Shown piece after piece: positions 54,946 through 64,000 of a stretch of 64,000 nt of DNA. The position numbers and the translations under genes were made by a program. Position 1 is the first letter of the stretch. Each line of letters opens with the position of its first letter. Under the pieces are notes generated by a model. It searched no databases. It was not told the DNA's origin and worked only from the letters and a program-made list of their open reading frames with translations. This DNA comes from Octopus bimaculoides (taxonomy: Eukaryota): contig NC_068984.1 in NCBI RefSeq assembly GCF_001194135.2, positions 72,888,852-72,952,851 of the forward strand, written 5' to 3'.

Positions 54946-55746
54946 CGTCCTACGCTCGTGATGCTTCATCAGCCAAACGTTCTCCAGCTCGAAGGAAGGT
55001 AACTGATATCAGCGTGGAATCAAAGAACTGAGAGAAAAGTTGCTTCATACGTTGAAACACGATGGTCTCTGCTTTGAATTCTCTGGTTTTGTTGTTATTT
55101 TGCGAGCAAAGCAAATGAGTTACCAAAATAGTGTAAGACATTGACTCAACACAATATAAATCCCAGTCTTTTTATCAGAAAAATAACACGCAACTGTTAT
55201 TTTCAATATATAAATTCCTAGTTCTAAACTTGCAAGGGCTTATTGTATAGGTATCACAATGTGCTACTTGTAGAAAGGATTGAATTAACTATTGAAGATA
55301 AATATGTTTTCTGTAAGTGTAATCTGATACCGTCAAAACTTGAAAATCGTTGGGAAAAACTAAAGAAAATACGCCTTTTAATAAAAAAAATTGCCATTTT
55401 ATGTGAAAGCGAGGTCTCAGAAAAGTTATATCAAACAACATATATTGTTTTTAACATGAATTCAACAACCTTTGGAGTTTAAATCTACTTCTCAATGCCT
55501 GACTCCATTTCAGTATAGGTAGTAACATGCGAGTTGATCTGACAATGTGTTGTACCTATTATTCGATTTCTAGTTTGGGCCATGGATACTCATCATGCTT
55601 ACATCTGGTACCACAGACGTTTTTCAGGTTTGCTTGGACAATTTCCGTACATAGTTCGGTAAATCCAAAATCAATCCCTCTAGTTTAAACGAATGTGCAA
55701 GCGGATGATAGTCACATGTAAATGTTAGAAACAACCAGTTATGTAA

Positions 55747-55784
<38 letters not shown>

Positions 55785-57002
55785 GAAAGAATGAGAGAGA
55801 GACAGAGGGAGAGAGAATTGACCCTAGTCATTCACAGGTACTTTAATTTCCCAACCCGGAAAAAAATAGAATGCACAGTTGACCTTAGCCGGATTCTCGT
55901 GATCAACGAGCATCCATATATTGAAGTGTGCTTAATTAAGAATCAGAACTTATGCTAGAATTTCTAAATACCATACGGTTGCATTTTCTCTTATCATAGG
56001 AAGATATAATCGATTCAAAACTTCTTTACTCCAGTAATAAAAGTGTTAAAAGTTTTGACAATGTTTCATCCTTTTAAGGAATAGCTCAATTTGAATTCAA
56101 TCATGATATATACTGATAATCGCATCAACTATACTCTAATGATTCCTTGAAAATATAGTCCAATTTTGCTTACATACATTTATTATCTCTATGTTTTTCT
56201 TATCATTTGAAAATAAGAAACAGGGAATTAGCTTAACAAATTAGATTTATCTTCTCATTTGCGTCATTGTCAATTTTACTTTTAAACATCATGACAGTTG
56301 CCGAAATGAGATGTCATTTGGTTTTATAATTTAATCTTTCACTTGGCAACGCCTAAATCATCTGACCTTTAATTATTTTATACATAATATACCAATGATA
56401 TTTCGTTTAATATACAATTTTGATTCAAGTGCTATATTCTGGATTAGTCGAAAAATAATACTTCTAACGTACGGTGATACCTGAACTATGTATGATTTAG
56501 AAGTTGCAGACTGTTATTTGTCGGAGCAATTATAGTCCACTCAGACTCATGCATAGGCGGTCTTTTTCAAGTAAAAGCAACCCATGATCGGATCGAGTTT
56601 GTACAGTGCCGTCTCACTCATATAATCCCTCCTCTACTCTGTTTCAAGTTATGTATTAGTTCCTCATCATAAAATCCGGCGTCTGTCGACAGAAAAGTGG
56701 CGTCTTCCCGGAGTGAAGAATGGATGTTCGTTGGTATCAAGTGATCAAAAATACAGTATCACTTAACAGCTCCTAATGGCTTCTCTTGCAGTATCCAACA
56801 AAACGTAATGTAACTTCCGTGATAGTTTCAGTTAATTTTCGATAAGGTCATTGTGTAACAATTTCGTTTTGATTTAAAAGATATTGGGAATAATGCTTAC
56901 ACAGGAGCAAACCTGCATTGTTTTAGACGCATTGGTTAGTGTCCAGATTAAAACTATACATACATATATATGCATATACAAAAGAAAACACACACACATG
57001 CG

Positions 57003-57034
<32 letters not shown>

Positions 57035-57705
57035 TATATATTTGATAAATTCTTATAAAGATTTTATCCTATATTATATTATAAATAATTGGAATATATT
57101 CAGTGCTGAATATTGTTCTGTATAAGCAATGCTACTGAGATGCAACCGGATAAATTCTAATCTCTTTCACGGATATATATTGATGGACAGAAGTCATCGT
57201 ACTATGTTGGGTACATCGTGGTATGTTGATTCTTGTTTATTTTTATGTGTCTCGACCATACGTGTACTGATGAACAAAAGATGCAGCTTACTTCACAGTT
57301 TTGCTGTATTGATTGAGAAACCAGTGGTTTGCCGTTAAGTTAAATGTTTTTAAGAGATTAATTTTGAAAGCGGCATTTCCTCGCTTTCGGTAAATATGCT
57401 GCTTATTTTTTGGTAGTTTTTGACTTATTTAGTCCCTCTAAGCGTGAGGCATTACTATATAGTTAATGCCCTTATATAAATTTATATATACTTATGGAAA
57501 AAAAAACAATGAGTTTNNNNNNNNNNNNNNNNNNNNNNNNNNNNNNNNNNNNNNNNNNNNNNNNNNNNNNNNNNNNNNNNNNNNNNNNNNNNNNNNNNNN
57601 NNNNNNNNNNNNNNNNNNNNNNNNNNNNNNNNNNNNNNNNNNNNNNNNNNNNNNNNNNNNNNNNNNNNNNNNNNNNNNNNNNNNNNNNNNNNNNNNNNNN
57701 NNNNN

Positions 57706-58275
57706 TACACGAGGTCAGTCCCCAAAATAGGGTCTCCAAAAATATTTAGAAATCACACAAATGTTTCTTGTCAATGATGTTTACACCATTTTAAACTTTG
57801 AACATTTATCTACTTTTCTACATAATCGCCATTTCGGTCGATGCATTTTTGTAGGCGCTGGGGCAGTTTTTCTATGCTCACCGCCATGTCGTTGAGGAAG
57901 CGTTGAACCTCATCTTTCACCTCGTTGTCGTTGCTGAAGGGTGTTCCGGTCAAATCTTCTTTCAACTTGGGGAACAGGTGGTAGTCACTGGGTGACAAGT
58001 CCGGACAATAAGGCGGGTTGCCGTTTATGGTTTTCTGCGAGCATTTGTGGGATCCATCTTGCGCACATCTTCCGATATTGCAACTTTTCAATCAAAAACC
58101 ATATGAATGGTGCTTCAGGAGACCTTAGGAGCCTAAATGCAGAGATCATCCAGAATGATCCGCCGATTTTTCCGCAGGATTTGAGCAACCTTCGTGACTG
58201 TCTCGCTGATGATCGCCCGCTTCTTTTTTCGTCGTGAATTTCAATACGACCAGCTGCAAACACCGTACACCACTT
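57706..58275 (-). mobile_element. Internally deleted mariner
   Basis: HDEKRSGR..RKMCARWIPQML joined to PPYCPDLSPSDYHLFPKLK..KCIDRNGDYVEK. Confidence 0.88.
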
Positions 58276-58318
58276 GCGTATATATATGTATGTATTTATA
58301 AATGTGTAAGTATATATA

Positions 58319-58460
58319 CAGGGAGTCCACAAAGTCTGGGTATATGGGGGTTAACACACTTTTAAAACAAAACAATTTTATTTAATCATAATGTTAATAT
58401 ATAATTGTTTATGTTATAATTTTATTTAATTCATGTACCCAGACTTTGTGGACACCCTCA
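58319..58460. mobile_element. Tc1/mariner-type MITE
   Basis: TA|cagggagtccacaaagtctgggta ... tacccagactttgtggacaccct: about 22-bp TIR with one mismatch, AT-rich core, right end decayed. Confidence 0.75.
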
Positions 58461-59067
58461 CTCTCTCACTCTCTCTCTCTCGCTATATATATATATATAT
58501 ATNNNNNNNNNNNNNNNNNNNNNNNNNNNNNNNNNNNNNNNNNNNNNNNNNNNNNNNNNNNNNNNNNNNNNNNNNNNNNNNNNNNNNNNNNNNNNNNNNN
58601 NNNNNNNNNNNNNNNNNNNNNNNNNNNNNNNNNNNNNNNNNNNNNNNNNNNNNNNNNNNNNNNNNNNNNNNNNNNNNNNNNNNNNNNNNNNNNNNNNNNN
58701 NNNNNNNNNNNNNNNNNNNNNNNNNNNNNNNNNNNNNNNNNNNNNNNNNNNNNNNNNNNNNNNNNNNNNNNNNNNNNNNNNNNNNNNNNNNNNNNNNNNN
58801 NNNNNNNNNNNNNNNNNNNNNNNNNNNNNNNNNNNNNNNNNNNNNNNNNNNNNNNNNNNNNNNNNNNNNNNNNNNNNNNNNNNNNNNNNNNNNNNNNNNN
58901 NNNNNNNNNNNTATATACATGCATGTATATAGAAGCGTGTATATGTATTATGTATATGTTTCTGTGTGTTTGTGTAAGTGCACAGGTAAAACCAGGTATT
59001 TGCTATTCTAGAAAGCTCATAGGGACTAATGCTTCATGACACTTATTCACTATTAATTTTCTGTCAG

Positions 59068-59258
59068 AAGGCAGTGAGCTGGCAGAATTCTTAGCACGCC
59101 GAGCAAAATACTTGACGTTCTTAGTTCAAATTCCACCGATGCCGATTATACCTGTTATCCTTTAGGGGTCGATAAAATGAGTACCAGTCGAGGACTGGGG
59201 TCCTTATAATCGACTAAACCCGTCATCCGAAATTACTGTCCTCGTGCCAAAATTTGAA
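59068..59258 (+). mobile_element. SINE family A
   Basis: aaggcagtgagctggcagaattcttagcacgcc..ggggtcgataaaatgagtaccag. Confidence 0.8.
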
Positions 59259-60050
59259 ACCAAAGCCAATAGCTATTTGTCTGTGGTATGATTAACTACT
59301 GCTGCAAGAAGAATTAGCAACGTAATTCGTGTGTTTCAACAACTCTGTCGATACGTCCAGAAAGGTAGGATTCGAGTATACAGGGTAGCGAGGAAGAGAT
59401 TAGCTGATATAATATGTAATGATGACAGTGGTACATGTCCTAGATACCGAAGTAAAACTGGAATAGTATATAGGGGATTTGTGACAAAGCAAACAGAGCG
59501 AACAGATAGTACAAGGTTGGTAAATATCGATGAGTGTATTTTGTAGAGTCTACATCACATAGGAAATTATACCGTAAATTTGAGGAGGCTCTGAAAGATA
59601 CCTAACTAAAAATTAAGATCGTTAAGAAGTCATGGAACGCCATTAGACCCCAATTATGTAGGACGTATCTCTTCGAAAATACCACATGCACAAATGAGAA
59701 CTGTGTAGTATGTAAGTTTAACTCCAGTATTAATTGTAAAATTAGTAACGTAGTCTACAGCATAAGGTACATGGAAGGTGTTTCCAAGCATAAGGTGCAT
59801 GGAAGGGCAGAGACGCGACATATATTGGGGAGACCTGTAGGAATATATTGGAGAGGCTAAACATGCATTGGCGGAAGTGTAACATATATATACATGCATG
59901 CACACATAGGAATATATATATATTTACATACACACACATATATATATGTATATACATTTATATATATATATGTAAGTATGTATGTGTGTGTGCGTGTTCG
60001 TGTGTGCATACATTCATTCATATGTACACACTCACACACACACACACACG

Positions 60051-60126
<76 letters not shown>

Positions 60127-63100
60127 TGCATATGTTCTCTGTGTGTGCGTGCGTATGTACGTGCGTGTGGGTGCATACTTTTATGTTGTATGTATGCGCA
60201 TGTGCACATAAGTGTGTATTTGTATCTAGAAATCTTGACGTCCACAGAGTTTGTCATATAGAATGATTAAGGAATTAATAGATTAAAGGTGAATGCTGTT
60301 TCTTGTAAAGATCCCTGGAATAGTGCAAGGAAAACAGCAATCAAGGCTTCTCTATAATCTACATCCTATATGTATATTGATTTATCGAGAGATCCAATAT
60401 AGTCTCGTGTAATCTCGTGTATTTTTATCCGAAATGCAGACGAGTACCAACGTTACCATGTAGTAGGGTTGATAATTGTCAGCTGATTCCACTCCAGATG
60501 AAACCATTATAACCTTATTAACTCACAAATAAAGAATATTTCTTCACTGTTCTTCACTTTACCTTCACCCACTCTTCATACACACACACACAAACACAAA
60601 TACACACGCGCACGTGCGCACACACATATATATATATGTATATGTACGTGCATATGTATGTAAATATACAGATAGATATGCACATAAACATGCGCAGACT
60701 TGCACGCACACACATTCACACAGTCTCACACACAAATACACACATATGTTTATATGCATATGTGTACATACATACACTCAAACTATTTGTGCGTGTATAT
60801 ATGTTTTAAGGGATGTAAATGAAGGATGATCTCTTGATACATGTTAAACAGTAAATCTTATGTTAATGATGAAGACGATTCATTTCATCACTACTGCAAC
60901 TTTCACACCAAACTTGAGTGTTCAGTCATAGGAATAGTGATTAGGACATAGTGCAGTTTCATCTGACGGGACGTCATTATTTCACACCGGTCATATAGGA
61001 AACTGTGACGTAAATTATGATAGAGTTTTTCAGAAACAGCCGATAATCTCTCCGAAAGCCGATATGCCTGGAAAGCGTTTTTCTATGTATACGTTTACGT
61101 GAGAAATTTCATATTGTAACATATCTACTATGCCATAGTTGAAAACGTTTGTTGATTATCTTTAAAATAGAACTGCCTCTTCTATTTAGGGCATTCTGAG
61201 GCAGTTTACTCAATTATAGCTATCATACATTGCCCTATCACATATCATTGTCATCAACATGAACACCCACTAAAGTACAAGTAACATTAAAACAGTCATT
61301 AAACAAATGGACAAAGTGAGAAACATGCGAAAAAAGTGATCACCAACCAGCTACAGAGATAGAGAAAAGAAAGAAAAATAGAGGGCTGTGGATAAATACA
61401 GGGTAACCGGCCATGGTCTTCCTGGGGTTAATAAAAAATTTACTAAACTGAATTTCTATTTATATTCAAATTTAGATTTCATTCTACTATATCAAAGTTT
61501 TGTTTGTTACATTTTCTTTCAGATATTGCAATATAATTTTTACAGTGTGACAATATATACACAGTAATAAATATCTCCTTTCAATAGTGTAAATTGATTT
61601 GTCTTTTCATGGTGTATATTACTGAAGATATTTTCTCTATCTTGTCACTAAAATTCTATATAGAATCATTATGCTCGGTTCCAAAATATTCACTAATAAT
61701 AAAGAAATAAAATGAAATTTCTAACCTATACTCCATAGTTAATTGCTTCTCGTAACGGTAGATACAAAAATTGTACTTGTACAATAAAAAAAAAATGTTT
61801 ATTTGCCTTTTACGTATCTTAACTGCATTTAAGCAAATGAATATTAAGGCGATAAGTTCTTGTCATCTATGTCCCTATTTGTTTATAAATGGATTTACCT
61901 GTCTGTAAATATAACGCTCTCCTTTCCCCGCGATGTTATATATTTATGTATATATATATATATATATATNNNNNNNNNNNNNNNNNNNNNNNNNNNNNNN
62001 NNNNNNNNNNNNNNNNNNNNNNNNNNNNNNNNNNNNNNNNNNNNNNNNNNNNNNNNNNNNNNNNNNNNNNNNNNNNNNNNNNNNNNNNNNNNNNNNNNNN
62101 NNNNNNNNNNNNNNNNNNNNNNNNNNNNNNNNNNNNNNNNNNNNNNNNNNNNNNNNNNNNNNNNNNNNNNNNNNNNNNNNNNNNNNNNNNNNNNNNNNNN
62201 NNNNNNNNNNNNNNNNNNNNNNNNNNNNNNNNNNNNNNNNNNNNNNNNNNNNNNNNNNNNNNNNNNNNNNNNNNNNNNNNNNNNNNNNNNNNNNNNNNNN
62301 NNNNNNNNNNNNNNNNNNNNNNNNNNNNNNNNNNNNNNNNNNNNNNNNNNNNNNNNNNNNNNNNNNNNNNNNNNNNNNNNNNNNNNNNNNNNNNNNNNNN
62401 NNNNNNNNNNNNNNNNNNNNNNNNNNNNNNNNNNNNNNNNNNNNNNNNNNNNNNNNNNNNNNNNNNNNNNNNNNNCAAAGAGCATAATAAAGTTTTCCAT
62501 TATATGAAAAAAAAAAAAAGCTTTCTAGTGTTCTCGTTATTAAATATATGTTTATCATTGCTATACTTCTTATAGAACTTTTAGAGGTGGGATGTTTTTA
62601 TCGGTATCAAAGTATTGGGTTCTATTTATTTTGAAAAATTTATTTATTTTTAATGAATAATGCACTCATGTGGTACGTAAACCTATTAACATCTACTAAC
62701 CTCCGACTGATGACATACTTTGGATTAGTGTGCTCTTAATGGTAGTCTTATGATGGCTTACTCGCATTTATCTACTTCTCCCTCACTCTGTCCCTCTCCC
62801 TCTTTCGATTTCATTCATTCATCAGCTTTTCTAAATAAAAGACAACATAACGCTTTCATGTTGAATCTATATTGCACGCACGTCGTTTTGAAGATAATGT
62901 TATATATATATATACAAACAGACATATACATACGCACGCGTGCGCGATAACTCTCTCTCTCTCTCTCTCTCTCATACACACACACACACACACAGTCACA
63001 CACACATACACGACCCCACCTACACACCCGACCCCCCCCCACTTACTCATACACACATATGTACAATATTGGTTGACTTTAATTATATTTTACGTTTCTA

Positions 63101-63600
63101 AGCTTTTATTTCAGTCCACTGAAAAGTCTGAAGTATTCTGCCTTATAAATCGTTTGTCCTTTTATGTGCTTGCCATCTTTAACAGCTTCGATAAAAACCC
63201 ACTTTAACACACACTAGCACACACACACACAGCACACACACACACACACACACATACACGCACACACATATATGTATATAAATACACACACACACAAACA
63301 CACACATATACATATACCCATTAAGGCACAGACATGTACATATATACACATATATATCTACTCACGTCCATATATAAATGATAATGATATATTTATTAAT
63401 AAAATATAGACTTGAAGTATACAATTTTCAAGCGCGCCAGAAGACTGACAAAATGAAAAAAAAAACAATTTCCATACGGTGGCTTTTCAGACTATCTTTT
63501 GAAAACCAACCTAATGCATGTGTATTTATACATGTGTATGTATATATATATAGTTATACATATGTATCTATTTATTTATATATAAAACTATATATGTGTA

Positions 63601-63641
<41 letters not shown>

Positions 63642-63660
63642 ATATGTAAACATATACATG

Positions 63661-63691
<31 letters not shown>

Positions 63692-63751
63692 GTATATATA
63701 TATGTATATAATATATGTATATATATATATATAGACATACATATAGGCAGA

Positions 63752-63888
63752 GGAATGGCTGTGTGGGGTAAGAAGCTTGCTTCCCAATCACATGGTCAGG
63801 TTCAGTCCCACTGCGTGACACCTTGGAAAAGTGTCTTCTATAGCTTCTTGTGAGTGGATTTGGTAGACGGAGACTGAAAGAAGCCAAC
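63752..63888 (+). mobile_element. SINE family B, 5' half
   Basis: ggctgtgtggggtaagaagcttgcttcc..ggttcagtcccactgcg..gacggagactgaaagaagcc. Confidence 0.8.
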
Positions 63889-63967
63889 AGTACATACATA
63901 CGTACATACATTCATACACATACATACATACATACATACATACATACATTCACATATATATATATAC

Positions 63968-64000
<33 letters not shown>

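Overview
AT-rich, microsatellite-dense eukaryotic DNA with many N gaps, most of which abut simple repeats. The repeat content resembles what I recall of Octopus/coleoid cephalopod genomes (inference, not a database result): tRNA-derived SINEs, mariners, R4/Dong-type LINE fragments and a Penelope-like element. I cannot support any intact host protein-coding gene, and most long ORFs in the track are translations of microsatellites or N runs. Recognisable content: four 3' fragments of an R4/Dong-like non-LTR retrotransposon sitting at (AAT)n arrays, a decayed Penelope-like element (RT plus GIY-YIG), one full-length decayed mariner plus several fragments, a Tc1-type MITE and two abundant SINE families. 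The most interesting signal is a set of at least three unrelated small repeat families carrying minimal type I hammerhead ribozyme motifs with palindromic stem III, as described for Penelope-like elements. These are an intact motif in a 520-bp partially tandem unit (46067-46136, minus), a foldback pair (18390-18872) and a tRNA-headed SINE-like family in head-to-head arrangement with a twin-primed insertion elsewhere. The window also holds several unexplained inverted duplications, including a 79-bp templated inverted insertion flanked by a 20-bp direct duplication.
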